Assembly: GCA_008632985.1 (NCBI GenBank)
Contig: QPGO01000013.1
Location: 434,001 to 498,000, forward strand
Source: Psammoneis japonica
Lineage: Eukaryota
Direction of reading: 5' to 3'
DNA: 64,000 nt
The notes beneath the pieces were generated by a model. The model saw only the letters and a list, made by a program, of their open reading frames with translations, made no database searches and was not told the origin of the DNA. The translations under genes were made by a program, and so were the position numbers. Shown here piece after piece: positions 35,260-50,500 of the stretch. Each line of letters starts with the position of its first letter. The first letter of the stretch is position 1.

Positions 35260-38200
35260 CAGTGCTCTACTGACAAATGCTAGCAGCTGCCTCTGCTCCA
35301 GCCTGAGCTGCCAATTCTTGTGCGTTTCTTCTGAGAAGGGGGGGGGAGAACACCACGACAAGAGCAAAAGAAAGTTTGCACAAACAAGTTGCCAACATTG
35401 GCTCATCCCCAGGAGCAAGAGACCCAGTCTAAGTCTCTGTCAATTGTGACAAGAATGTCTCAAGAAGTGATGCTGATTTCTGACCCTGGTGATCAAGAGG
35501 GGGCAACTTTTGTCTGTTGGGCAGAGTGAAGGAGAGACGCTGCTCGGCTCTTGTGTGGGGGATGCTCTCTCTTCCCCCCTGGGGTGCTGGCTGGATGGAC
35601 CAGCTGCACTCTCATGGTTTGGCTGGTTGAGTCATTTGCCTTGTGGGGAGGGACCCAGAGAGGTGTCTTGCAGTCACGTGAAAGGCGCATTTCAGCCACT
35701 CATGAGACGCGCAGTTTTGGGCCTCTTGGGAAAAAATGTTTTTTTCGGAATTTTGAAAAATGGGACCTCGTTGGTCGGTGAAAGCAGGAGCAAACAGAGA
35801 GTGATTTTTCAAACCGGTTGGATGGGTCTGATTTTCATGGACCAAGTCCAATGATGCGCGAAGATGGACAAGGGATTGATGGTTTTGCTGGGCTTCGGTT
35901 GTCGACGTCGTGATGTGTGGAACACCGATCATGAAGTTGAGACCAAATTTGAGAAAAAGAGCTCGTGACATGACACGATTGCACAAAAGAATGCAGTTTC
36001 CAAAATGGTTCTACAGATTTTGTCATTGTTCACTCACGTCATGCAGCAGTGCAAAAGAGAAAAGTGGGGGGAACCTGACTCAATTTTGAGACAGAAGGCA
36101 CTGAAGTTGTTAAAAAATGGCACAAATGATGTCACTTTCTCAAAAAGCATTCTTTAATGAGAATGCATGTGAGGAGTTGCAAGAATTGTTCATAAACACA
36201 GAAGTGTGATTGTGTGATGCCAAGTTCCTGATCACATTTTTGAAGGGCCACACACGACAGTGTTGTGATGTCCCGCTCACAGACAAATGATGACATCATG
36301 TCATGACACATGTGACATCAACAAATCACCTTTGTTTCAGCATGGCTTGTTGCAATTTGTCATTGCAACAAAAGAAAGAGCATTTCATTTGTTCTTCTCC
36401 TTTGACAAAAATGTCGCCAATCCCAGGAAGAGGCTTCTGATTGGCCAAAACACCAAATGCAATGCCCACTGACAAAAAACACCATTCAAGCCCCACAAAA
36501 CAGTCACTTGAGCCCCTTAAAACTGACAAAGCACCCACCCACCTGTGCATGTGTTGCTGCCGTGATCAACACAGTCCCTGCCACTGTGTGCGCATTGGCA
36601 AAAGACAAAACAATGACAGGCAACAGGATGCCTGCAGCCAATGGCACAAACATTGGAGCCCTCATCACTTTGTCAGAAGCAAAGCCTGAGATGTCAAGAT
36701 GGAGGCACTGGAGCCTGGTCAAAAAGAGAGTTGGCCACTCTCCTCCTGCCAGTGTGCCTTGAAAATGCAGCACACAGAAAAAAAGCTTTGTGCTTGCACA
36801 CTGTGACCATGCTTTTGCAGTTTGTTCTCCCACCAGTTTGTTCTGTCATGCTTTTCAGTGCCTCACCACATGATTCATCCATGTGTGTGAATTGCACAGA
36901 AGGTTCTTCTGCTGCTGTGCATCACCAGAAACTCCTTCACAATGTGGCCCACTTCCATGCACACACTCCATGCTTGTGTTGTTTCAGCACCTTGCTCAAA
37001 TCACTGGCTTCTCCAATGCATGCCAAACTTTGATGACAAGCACAAGACAGAAGCACAACAAAGCAACAAAACTTTTTTGCACCAGGGGTGCAGCTGGTGC
37101 ACCTGGGGAGCAAAGCCAGCTGGCATGCTTTTCACAACCTTGGCGGGGTGTCCTTGCCTTTGCAGTGCCTTTTTTGTCTTCTTTTGATCAAGTGCTCCTG
37201 TTCCCTTTTTCAAGATCATGCACATGGCCCCAGTTTGGTTCACCTCCAGTGACTTTGCTTGCGCCCCCAGTTTGCAGCACACGACCCCTCCTGCTTTCAC
37301 TTGCAAACCCAGCCCTGCTGGCAGCTGGAAATGAGCTCTCTTGTTGTTTTTCCACATGCGCAAAAACAGCTCAGCAGCAGCTTCACTTCAAGCAACAGGT
37401 CTGCTTCTGGGTGACACCATCTGGCTTTGTTGGGTTGTGACTGCAGCTCTGTCAAAAAGCAAGCTGGTGTGTCTGGGTTGCCATCTGGCAGCACTGGCCC
37501 CCAAGCTGCAGCTGCTGTTCACACAGCACTTGCACGCCACAGCACAAACTGGGTGAAGCAAAATCCTTGAGAAGCTGGTCATTTCATGTTGAGACTGCAC
37601 CTGGAGTTTGCTTCTCTCAACTGCTTGGATGTCAAAATTGAGCCCATTGTGCAAAACAAACAACCAGCTCGTCCTGGCAAGTGGGCCGAGCCGGGAGGAC
37701 TTCTTTTCCGCCCCAGCGAGGCCCCCCTCTTTGCTTTTCATTTCACATTGCTTTCAGCACAAGAATCTTTGTGACTTGACTTCACCTTTTGTTGCAGTGC
37801 AACTTGCGTCGCACTCAAACTTCCTTCTGCAAAACTTGCAACTCATGCCAACCAGGGAGCTGTCTGAGAATGCAAATCTTTTGTTTTTTCAACAGCAAAA
37901 GCCGTGTTTGCTGCAGGTGCCTTGCTTCTGTGTCTTCTTTGTGCCAGTCAGTGCACCATTTTTTGTCCCACCTGCTCTCCCCCCCCCCCCTTGACTTCAA
38001 GCTGTGTGCCACAACTCAGGTTTCAGCACACATCATTCTGTCGCCTTTTTCCGTCAATCGTGCACCCCACCCACCACCTTTCTCCTCCTTCTGTGGCTGC
38101 TGAAGTCTGTGCGCAACTTGGCAAGAGAGAGCCTGGGAAAGGTCGATTGTTTAAACACAGCAGGTGGTTGATGTGACCTGTGAAACATTGAAAGCACTCT
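35260..38200. other. TpA-depleted degenerate tract, probably a transposon relic; family not identifiable
   Basis: Almost no TA, few CG, excess TG/CA; only fragmentary Cys/His-rich ORFs. Confidence 0.5.
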
Positions 38201-38624
38201 CTAGAGGCACCATGGACACATCTTTCAATCTTGCACGGGCGTGTAAGTTTTTCGAGCAGAGTGCTCCCCCGCCCCCGTCCTGGTCCATCCATCTGGCGCC
38301 CCTTCCACAAAATCAAATGCTATGGTACTGAATAATATAAAATGAAATGAACTACTTCATAAACGTAGATGGCATTGCTGATGCCACCACGGCCACTGAC
38401 AGCACCGCACCTCACGCAGGGACACGAAATTTTCTGATTCGAGAGATGATTTCTCCGCACCTATGCACTTTTCGGAGAATGCTCCATACGACCGGTACCG
38501 TTTCCATCTTGCTTTGTTTATACGCTGTTGGTGATAACCGCATCCTGGTATCCAGATCGATTCTATAGGGCCCTAGAGAGGTGAACTTGTTTCGTGCCTG
38601 ACTCTGATAAGAAGTCTTCTTGAC

Positions 38625-40265
38625 ATGGCAGGTGAAATTGGTATGGAGAACGATGTAAGTATCGCCGCTCCTCCGATGTTGGATGAAGACATTGACTTGA
38701 CTAGCATATTCGATGAAGACCGGCAGGAATCATTGTTGGCTGAAGAAAAGGCACTTGGCAGTAGCGCCCTGGAGAATATCTCTTTCCTGCCTCCAAAAAA
38801 GGAAGAGAAAACTATCGGGTGGCAGGATGATAAAAAAGACATGGAGTTTCGACGAGAAATCATTCGAGAGATGTAAGTTTTCATAAGCCTGTTCTTTCTC
38901 AGGCTGTCACTCAGGAATTTCCATAGCATAATCGAAATGATTTCTTACTCGTTATCTTTGCTGATATCGACGTTCAGCGCAACTCTGCTGAAAGCGCGCA
39001 AACCAAATCCCAGTCCCAAGTGGGAAAAAGAGCTGCCATATAAGTCACGTAAACTTGAAGAACAGCTTTACAGATCGGCATCATCTCTGGAGGAATATCT
39101 TAATCGAAAGACTCTTAAGCTCAGACTAAAGCGCGTGGCAAAAGTCATCACAACAAAATTTCGATCAGCTAAGCGAACTTCCTCTACTAGAAGTTCAACT
39201 AGTTCCGCGAGGTCATCTATAACGTCCACTGATTCAAGGTCGTCCATAGCGTCCATTGGTTCCGTGAGTATGGATGGAAGTACTGGACCACTTCATTTGG
39301 CGCCTAGGCCAGCCCCAGCCCCGAATCCCGCTGTACCTCTTTCGGTGCAACCATCAGATTCTCTCTATGACCTTCAAAAGAAACAAGCTCTCAACCAGAA
39401 GTTGCAGCAAGAGATTCTAGAGAACATCCGACAACAACAGCAAATAATGCGTGAATTGATGGGTGAGCAAAATGCAACCAATCCAAAAGTTGAGTCAACC
39501 GCGGGGAACAACAGCAACAACATGAGCGTCAATGGTTTGGGAATGACACCTGCGCCCGCTAGCAACGGAATGAAACAGACAATGACACCTCGGAGTTCGT
39601 TCAATCATAAGGAACTCATGGCAGCAGCTCAAAGTGGCCTGCAAAATGCTATGCTCGACAATACAAACAGTCGTCGTGTGTCAGCTCCATCTCCGCAGCA
39701 ACTCATGGCTGCGCAACAGGCCTTTCTGAGCAACTCCAATTTCTCGAACAACTCATTTCCTTCACTTCAGCGGAGCCAATCAGCTCCCCCCATATCACCC
39801 TCGATGATGAACGCTGCCACACCAGCAGCCATGCAGGCAAACAACTCCAATATGAGAAGTATGCCAACGCAAAATAACACAATGATGTCTGCAGCGAGTC
39901 TTGGCGGCTCGGCGGGTGGAATGAATAATGTGCCCAATAATTTGAATGCAATGGCAGGTACTTTTCTGCAGCAGCAACAACAAGCAATGATCCTTCAACA
40001 GCAACAGCAATTAATTCAGCAGCAACTCGCTGCACAGCAACAAAATACCGGATCGTCTCAGCGTAGAGGTAGCATAGGGGCGGGCGGAAGCTTTCATCCC
40101 AGCATGCCTCCTCCAAACAATCTCATGACATCATCGTTAAGATCATCCTTTGCTGAGCAGCTGCCGCAGCAAGAAAGGAAACAAAGCATATCCGACACGT
40201 CCAGCGGAGGAATTTCGCTTTCTGAAGACTTGAATGATTTGTCACCCTCGACCTTTAGATGGTAG
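38625..40265 (+). CDS. KIX-like domain + Gln/Asn/Met-rich low-complexity protein (putative transcriptional cofactor); intron 38873-38977
   Basis: GWQDDKKDMEFRREII | KWEKELPYKSRKLEEQLYRSASSLEEYLNRKTL, poly-Q tail. Confidence 0.65.
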
Positions 40266-41017
40266 ATGGTTATTGACCACAAAGACACTCTGTAAAAGGT
40301 CTGAATAGAAGTTTGAGAAGGTACAATGGGGTACCGTATAATAATCTCTTACATGGGAAGATTTTTGCATCATTTAGAAATTGTGATATTCTTTATATAT
40401 AACATGGTGCAAATGGTGTTGGTAATCTGCAACTCGTGTGTAGTTGACGGCTTGCTATCTCATTCCTTTCAGCTATCACCGATCTCTTTTCTCCTCCTCT
40501 TTCATTTTCCAGTCATGCGGGAGAGCAATCCTTGGAAAATTCCAGACACTTGCTTAGAAGTCCGATAAGCTAGAGGCTACACAGCACTATCATCAGTATG
40601 CGATGCTTTCTTGCTCACGCTTGATGATCTCTCTATCTACTATCTACCTTTGCTGTAGTACAGTATGGATAGAGAGGAGTTAGTGTACTGTATGTAGTGC
40701 GTGCGCGGGCTGGTCCTCCGTCTGTCAGTTTGACGGTCGTTGCTCCCACCGGACAACGGCCAGGCATTGGAGGGAAGTTTCAGTTTCAAAATTTTGGGTG
40801 GCTTTTATGATTCGTCGTAGAAAGTGTACCAGGATCTTACGACAGACGTCATGAAAAGCGTTCCAAACAAAGATCGCGCGCAGAGCGTCGACCAATTAGA
40901 ACCGCAGAATTTCAAACGCATACGTGTTCACGCCATCGTGTGCATACGTATGTGATCGTGATCCTCACGCTTTTGCTTTACTTGTGCTCACATTTTTCTT
41001 GGATCAAGTCTGTCACG

Positions 41018-42339
<1,322 letters not shown>

Positions 42340-42589
42340 ATGCATTCATGCTTTAAGAAAAAATAATCACTCTTTTTCATAAAACTTATGGCTTTTCCTA
42401 CCGTACTCTTCATGTTGTTACGAAACCTGGATAAGACCTCAAGACTTTGTAGCAGCGTGTTCAACGTGCTAGTACTCTCGCAACTGGTAGCCCTATGATA
42501 CCAGTATTTTGAACGAGGTCATCAAAAGCATGTGTTGCGCCTTAAATAGATCTGGTTTTCAACAAGTTGGCATTTCTTGTGAGGTGCAA

Positions 42590-44040
42590 CTACGGTAGAG
42601 TCCCGACATGGTACACACCTCTAGAAACGTCAGTCATACCGAAGAAATCAAAGGATGCTTCTTGTAAGATATTCGTCTATGGCATGTCACACTGTTAAAA
42701 TACAACAATGTCGATACTGCACTGGTCCTAAAGACTGTCTTTGTCAGGAACGATATAATGCCATTACCTCGAACTGTAGGCTGAGAACTAGCTCCTCCTA
42801 TTAGGGCTCTATGCCTTCTCAAAGGCTATTGTTCACCGATGCAACAACACTTTGACATACTAAGCCTCTCTTTTCTCTGGCAAAGGCAATCTAGAGAGCA
42901 CCAGTAGAGAGCAGGATATACTCTTTAGTCCCCACCTCGAAACGGTAGTAGTCGCGTTCTGGTTCTGAAAAGTTATTCTACCGCATAAATCAGTGGAGTT
43001 TGAATTGATTACAGTAGGGCCTAGTATTCAAAAAGATGACTTGCATTTCACAATTCATCATGAGATCTTCCACAAACATGGCCAATCACCTTGGGCAAGG
43101 CATCCTGCAAACTCTCGGCCGCCGTGTGCAAATTTTCCAAAAACTCATCCTGCGTCGGCCGATCACCATCGACAATATCCGTCACAACCTTGACACCAAG
43201 GTGAGGCGTATCGTGCAATTTACATGCCCACGCAATCGAGGCAATTTCCATGTCTTTTACTGACGCATCATTTGCCAGCATGTGCTTGTCGTCCGTTTCG
43301 GTCTTGTCGAGACTGTTGCCCGTTGTACAGACACCCATTTTGGCTCCAATCGATTTGGCAAGTTCCGAGGCTGGGACCGAGTCGAGTTTGCCAACACCAT
43401 ACTCGACAAAGGACGGAATGGGAATGCGCCGATCGTGATGAGCCGTTCCAGTCGTGACAAAGACATCCCCAATCGCAGCACCTTTGCGAGAAAAGCCTCC
43501 ACACGTTCCGGCGTTGATTACCAAATCGACACTATCCTCCAATTTTTGCAATGCCAAAAAGACAGCCATGGCTGCCGGGACGGTACCGCAATTGTCCACG
43601 CCTGTTCCGTACGTTTTGTCCTTGCCATTGGTAATGACTGTAACGTTGCACGCTTCGTGAATGCCCTGAAAGGCTCAAGAACGGAGCTTGCTTGGGGAAA
43701 AACTCGTCGACTGGGTTCAACTGCAAATGCTTGACAAAGGGCATGGCCTCTGCTTCCATGGCAATTGCAATGACGACACTGCTCAATGAGACAAAAGAAA
43801 AGGAGAAAATGTTGAGAGTGTTCCAGTGAGCAAAACAGTTCTTGCAGAAATCGATTTCTGCTGCGACATCTTTCTCACATGCCGAGAGGGGTATTCTTTT
43901 TTACGAATTTTAAACTCACTTTTCAATAGTTTTTGCTTCTAAAGGAGGCATGTCTTTGGTAAGAGATTTCACAAGAGACACAGCAAAGAGAAGAAGGAGC
44001 AACAGCTTGCGAAAAGTTGTAAGACACCATTGCGACTTTA
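42590..44040. repeat. ~1.45 kb segment duplicated in direct orientation at ~53530-54990 (copy A)
   Basis: Colinear similarity over the gene, intron and both flanks. Confidence 0.9.
43048..43951 (-). CDS. MTN: 5'-methylthioadenosine/S-adenosylhomocysteine nucleosidase, copy A (exon 1 MPPLEAKTIE; 1-nt frameshift near 43675 relative to copy B)
   Basis: IAMEAEA, DLVINAGTCGGF, STGNSLD-like motif, VKDMEIASIA, KVVTDIVDG. Confidence 0.85.
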
Positions 44041-44289
44041 AACATCGTAGACTCCAGTCGTGTGTCGTTTGGCATTTCATTCTTGGTGCTGAGTCGTGGG
44101 TTTGCATAGCAACACGGTACTACGCACAGCACCGTAGAGCTCTACTGCTTTTAGAGCCACTGCTCTAAAGAGTAGCCAGCTATGCTGGCTAGCGCTAGCT
44201 AGCTAGAGCTGCTCCACTAAGAGTGGAGAGCATGTAGCAACCCGATTTTCGATGTGTCTGTACTTCTAATCGTCGGATTTATCATTGGC

Positions 44290-47200
44290 AATTCTTTTCG
44301 TGCCATGCTGATCCCGTTGTTGTGTCGATTGCTGTGAAGCTGTCAGGAGACCGACACATGATGGAACATTTGTGTTTTTTGCTTCAGCAGTGCTTTGTTG
44401 ATTGTTGGGAAGGTTGTCAGCGGCCCTGAAGCTTGTGCTGGTCCACAACACAAGCCTGCTAAAAAATGGCCACATTCACAGCACGGTTCAGCAGCAGATT
44501 TTGTCCAGATTGCTGGTGTTTTGGTCGCTGGTGTTTTTGTGAAGCAAGGGCTTTTGACCAAGGCAGAAGAAGCTCTCCACTTGTCTTCTGTCTTGAGTGT
44601 CTGTCTGGAGCAGACATCCAGATGACATGCCAACTGGACACTTGGAGCTCTTGAGCTGGCCTCACAGCATGCTCTGCTCTTTCATCATGATCGTCGGCCG
44701 ATCCCAAGCATCCTTGACATGGTGTGCTTGTGGCAATGGAAACAGAGGGTTTTGAGTGATCCAAGGAAGTGCCATCTGCAGATGCCAAAGATGCTTGGAA
44801 TGCATTTCACAATCATGGCTGTCAAAGAACACAGACTTTGTGTTGAGTGCTTCACAGGAGCACACTGCAGCCTGGGAAAACACAACAAACTGACATTTGT
44901 GTTGAGTGCTTCATGGGAGCACGCAGCAGTCTGGGAAAACACAACAAATTGGGATGCCCAAAGTGCAGCACCCTTTGTGCCAAGTGTCAGTGTCATTCTC
45001 TTCAGCGCACTCCACAAGATGGAACAGCAAGAATGCAGAGAAGGGAGTCTGATCATGAAACAAAACAACCTGGCCAGAGAAGAGGGACTTTGTTTGATGC
45101 TTTGAAAGCACGCTCAAGAAGCAAAAACCAATTTGCTTGGTCTTTCCTTGGTTGGATGGCTGGAAAGACAGTGGAAAGCTGGGTCTGTCTGCAAACTGCT
45201 GCTCTCTTGTTCCAAAAGATGACCCTTCTTAAATGGGAGACAGCAGCAGTCAAAAGGGTCAAGCTGGTGAAATGTCTTCATTCAATTGTGGTGGTCTGCA
45301 ATGACTTGAGCAAGACTCAAAACAATGCAACCCAATGGTGCACAACCCTGCAGATTGTGCACTTGCAAATCTTGCAAAATCAGATGACAGCTTCCTTTGC
45401 AACTTCATGTTCTGTCTCTCTTGCCAAGAAGCTAGAAAGAAAGTTGAGGCAAGGAAGGGCAAGAAGTTGGACAGTGGCTGATGGAGCCATTTGTTCACAA
45501 AGTGTTTTGCTGCTGCTAACATCATGAGGAGTGTGTGATGCTCAAATGCCAGAAGTGGTCTCATGCAGTCACTGACTGGCTCACACTTGGCTGCTCAAGT
45601 TGCACCCGACAATCTCTCTTCTCTGCTTTCTGGATTTGGTCCTGCAACAACAAAGCACACTGAAAGGTGGAGGAACCAGAAATCTGTGGATCAAAAAACA
45701 ATGAATGAAGAGTTTGACTTCTCCAAAACATTGAAGTGCAACCACCTGTGCAACCAGCAAGACAACTGTGGGCACAAAGTTCATGGAAAGAAGAAGAGCA
45801 AGGATGGCCTGTTCAAACCACTCAACAAGCAATGCTTTCACATGACTGAGAACAAGCACAACCACTGACAGAGACTGCTTCAACCGAAGCTGTCTTGACC
45901 AAGAGGTTTTTGGCTGGGGAAGCCTGACCACAATTTTGAATCAGAATGACAACTTGAGCATTTTGATTGTTGTGAAGCTGTGTGAAAGGCATCAATCACA
46001 CAGATGAGGAGCATCTGGCAAGACTGCAATTGAGGATCATCAAGTCTGTGATGGTTTGTGAGTCAAAAAAGATGTGGCTGAGGACTGCACAGCATGCAAG
46101 GATGATGCTGCAGATGGTGGGGTTTGAATGGCAAGGTGCACCACACACTGGCATGAAATCATGTCACAGGCGACACTTGACAGTGCTGATTTGGATCTGT
46201 GCTTTTCTGAGTCATGACGGCAGATTGGTGCGAGAATGTGCACATTGACAATGATGAAGACAATGCTCCTGGTGAGGTGTCAACTTTTCAGTCAGTCAAC
46301 AAAAGACACATGGCTGTGCCTCTTGATGCCAATTTTGCAAATGCCAGCACACTGAAAAGGGTGCATGTCTCTTGTGGCCAGCTTTCTAATTGATTGGTGG
46401 TGCTCATTGCCAGCACTGAAGAAGCTCACAGAGAAAGCAATCTTGTTCAGAAAAGCCACCAATGGGAAATTCATGCATGCTGACAGATTCACAGAATTGA
46501 TCATCCATGATGAATGGCACCATTTTGGGGGTTGTGTAAATGGCACCATGGAAAACCATTGCAAGCAGTGCCAAACAACAGCAATGATGCACCAAGCACC
46601 AGTCATGTGGCAAAGGTGGCAACAAAGCAAATGGCAAGTGGCCAGCCAAGGAAGCTGGAGCTCATTGACAAAGTGTTTTGTGAAACTTTGCTGCATGTTG
46701 AAGATTTGAATCTTCATGGAGACAGTCCAGTTAAAAATGCTCCAGCAGGTCCATGCTTGTTGGAATGGCACAAATGTTGTCATGCAGGTGACTGGGGGAG
46801 CAAGTGTCAGTCAGGGAGTGCATTGGCCCATCTGGCATGAAACTCAATGTGGGTGCTTGCTTTGGTTTGTCACACTCAGTGATTGTTGACAGAGATTTTT
46901 TTGTTTCCACATGGAGGCAGAAGATTTGAATGACCCCAAGAGACCCAAGGGTGAGGGTCAAATGGATCTGTTGGTGCTGGATCCACTCAGGAATGCAGCT
47001 GACAGCACTCAGTTTGAGCTGGAAAGGAAGTGTTCCATGTCAACTGACTCCACATGCTCAGTGGAAAAGGGTGTCCATTTTGGCAAAAGAGGCAACAACA
47101 GAAACAGGCAAGCTTGAGGAGGAACTGCAAAGGTGCTGCAACAAGAGGAAAATTGACAAAGAGTTCCTCAGGAGTGCAAAGGAATCAGAAACAGTGTGGA

Positions 47201-47550
47201 GTGTCAATGCTGATGGCCAAGCCAGGGTGTGTGCCATGCAGAACAAGACTTTCTCAGTTGGCGACATTGTCAAGGCATCAAGGCAAGAAAGAAGCTCATG
47301 GAGTTGGACTCCATCTGGAGTGAAAACAGTGCAACAATGTGACACATGAAAGTTGAGATGCCTGGATGATTGCCAGCAATGAGGATTTCCAACCCAGGCT
47401 GAAAAAGAGCTGAAGCATGATCTGTGCACCTTTGAGAGCACTGGGGCAAGAGAGGTTTGGCACTGACACTGTGCAGTTTATCTCATCTGAAGGAGCAGAC
47501 AAGAGTGGTGATGATGAAGTGGCATCAGCACTGTTGCAGACATCAGAAGG
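44290..47550. other. TpA/CpG-depleted degenerate tract of unidentified origin (left part of the large block)
   Basis: No intact ORF; composition identical to the adjacent LINE relic. Confidence 0.45.
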
Positions 47551-47599
47551 ACTGGGGAAATGGCACGCAGTCACAGCAACTTTCCAGTTCTAAATTGAG

Positions 47600-50500
47600 G
47601 TTTTTGCACTTGCAAAAGATCTCTGCAATGCAAGCATCACATGCACCTGCATCTTGCAAATCACTGTCAATCATCTGCCTGTGTCCAACAATTTCCTGAT
47701 CAAATGTCAATGATGTCTGAGACATTGTCTGATGTGTCATCCTCCTGGACCTCTCTGCAGGGTTGTTGAGAGGCTTCATCTTTGGCTCCTCTTGCTTGGA
47801 ACAATGCCCCTCAATGAGATCAGCAACCTGTTCTAAAAGTGTTGAATCTGGACTCTTCAGCTTCCCCCCACAATCAAAGTTGCCGTGATGTGCTTTTCTC
47901 ACTCCTCTCACTCCAACAATCTGAGTGCATTGGAGCACACAATGCCATGTGTTTTTTTGCTCTCTTCTTCTTTGATGAAGCTGGAAAACACAGAAATGGC
48001 TTGTTGCATTGCTTGCAAAAGCAGGCTGGCTGCCATCTGTCTTTGATGCAATTCACCGAACATGAGATGAACATCAATCAGTGATTTTCCCATCAACAAT
48101 TCCAAAATCCTTGGAGCAACCCAAGGCTGATCTTGGGACTGCAATGTTGGGGCAAACCTTTGCTGCAGATTTGGCACCATTCAGTTTGAGCCTCAGCAGC
48201 TTTGATTGAAGCTCCATCAAGCAGCTGACAGACAATTTGATGTGAAAATCATCTGATGCTTTGGTGGCACAATTCACAACAGCAGCCAGCTGCAGATCAA
48301 AACTGGAAGCAACAAAAAAAAAAATTTGCTGTGTGAAGAAGATGGAGATGTGGCAATGCTTGTCAATCATCACAGTTGTTGAGCAGCAGGCCTCCGAGTT
48401 TCACACAACATGGAATGGTTTTTTTTTCATTTTTTTGGTGTTGGGTGCAGAGGCATCAATTTGCAAATGTCAGCACATGGTGGGCCAGGTTGCATTTTCA
48501 CATGAACATGCAGATGGCAGCATGCCAGGACAGAGATGAATTTACAGATGATGAATCCAATGACAAGGACATGACATTGCTGGACAAACTTGAGCCATGT
48601 GCTCTGTCAGATGGCCTGCACCTTGTCAACTGCAAGGAGAGAGTTTTTGGCAAGACATGGGCCACAGCTGGCAAATGGCAAGAATGACAGTGTGGCACCA
48701 AGACTTTGAACAACTCAAAGGACAGAACCCAATGAATGAGGCTTTGTCATCACTTTTCTTCTTGAGTTCCTCAACTTGTTTTTTCAAAGTGCCAGCCAGT
48801 GTGACATGAAATCCCAACATCTTGTGGGGTGCATGCAGGGGATGCATTCTAGCCCTGGCAGGTGGTGACTTCATGTGGCCCACAGAGTCATGCACACAAG
48901 CTCTGCAGCTCTTGTGCTGGCCGGTCAGTGCACACATTTGTCTTCAACATCTAAACTCAATGATCAAGTTTGTGGCACACAATTGCAGCACCTCTCAACA
49001 ATGCTTGCAGTTTTTGAAAATCCACCTTCCCCACACAATTCTCAAGACATTTGAGAATCATGCTATGAAGAAAAGATGTCAAAAGTTGCTCAATGGATGT
49101 CCAACAATTGTGCCACAAAATGTCACAAAATTCCACCAAAGTCACATGGAAATGTGCACACATGACATGCAGTGTGGGGCAAAAAACCATCAATGTCACA
49201 GCTCAGCACTGGCAGCATGAGGTTTCACCTGGAGCTGGAATGCATCAGGAACAGATAAATGCTGCATGACAGAAGGAGTGGTCTGCCAAGCAGATTTCCT
49301 GCACAAGTCTTTGCTTGTGCATGGCCAAAGATGGGGCTTGACACATTTGGCAAAATTCCATTTGATTGTGCAAAACCAGCACTTTGGGAGGTCCAATTCA
49401 TGGCCACATGCACTCAGCAGATCACACAACAGCTTGTTGTTTTGTTGGAGAGGCAAGGTGCCAGGTCACATGCCAGCAGCTGTGAAGAAGCTTGAAAGTC
49501 ATCAACTTGCTCAAATGCATCATCAACATGGCCGCGGGTGTGGACTTGCAAGCTGAAGCCACCATCAGGGGCAGACTGCAAAAAGCCCTTTTCAAGAGTG
49601 CAAGAATGCAGGGGGGAGTCAGCCGCTGCTTCCTTGACCTGTGCTGCAATGGGTGCACACCAGCAGAGTGACAGTGACAAGTTGCAGTCAGTGCAGTGAC
49701 CAGAGTGAGAGGAGTCAGTTCTGTGCTTCTTTGTGTGCAGCATTGGTGGCAAAGTGCACAATGTTTTCTCATGCATTCTCCCAAATTCTTGGCACAAATT
49801 GCCACAATGCATGGGACACTTTAGCAGCAGCAAGACATGCAGCCATCATTGCCAGCTGTCAATGTTTTCTAAGAAGTTGTGGAAAATTTCATCATTGGGA
49901 TCTCAAGAAATGCGGGAGTGCCAGAACACCTGAAGGCAAGATTGCCACAGATGCTGAGGTTGTGCAGGCAGTTGTTTGCAAAATGATGGGACAACTCTTG
50001 CCATTTGACACTGCAGATGAGTTGGAAATCAGCTTTGGAGATGTTGACAACCAGGAGTCTCAGTGAGTCTTGTTGTCATTGCCAGGTTCCTTGAAGACCA
50101 CAATGTTGAGACAACATCTTTCCATGAGCCACAGGAGCAAAAACCCATTTGAGCATGCAGCTCAACAAGTTCAATCAAATGGCAGCCAAAGATTTTTGTG
50201 GTGACCCAGCTGTGTTCGTTTTTGGTGGGATTGCCATGCTCATCTTGAGAAGAACAGTGCAGGTGCTTTGCACAAGTTGCCTTCCAGCACTCCAGATGCA
50301 GTGCTGATTTGATGGAGGTGGGCTTGGGTCACTTTCCAATTTTTTTCAGGTTCTTGGAAGAAGAAGAGAGTGCATCAGACATGGACACTCTGGAGTCTGT
50401 CTCTGCAGAGATGTTTGGCTGGCAGCAAGGTGGCCTCATTGAGGGCACTGGCCTCACACTCACCATTGAACACAAGCTCAGCCATTGCAGTGTCTCCCTC

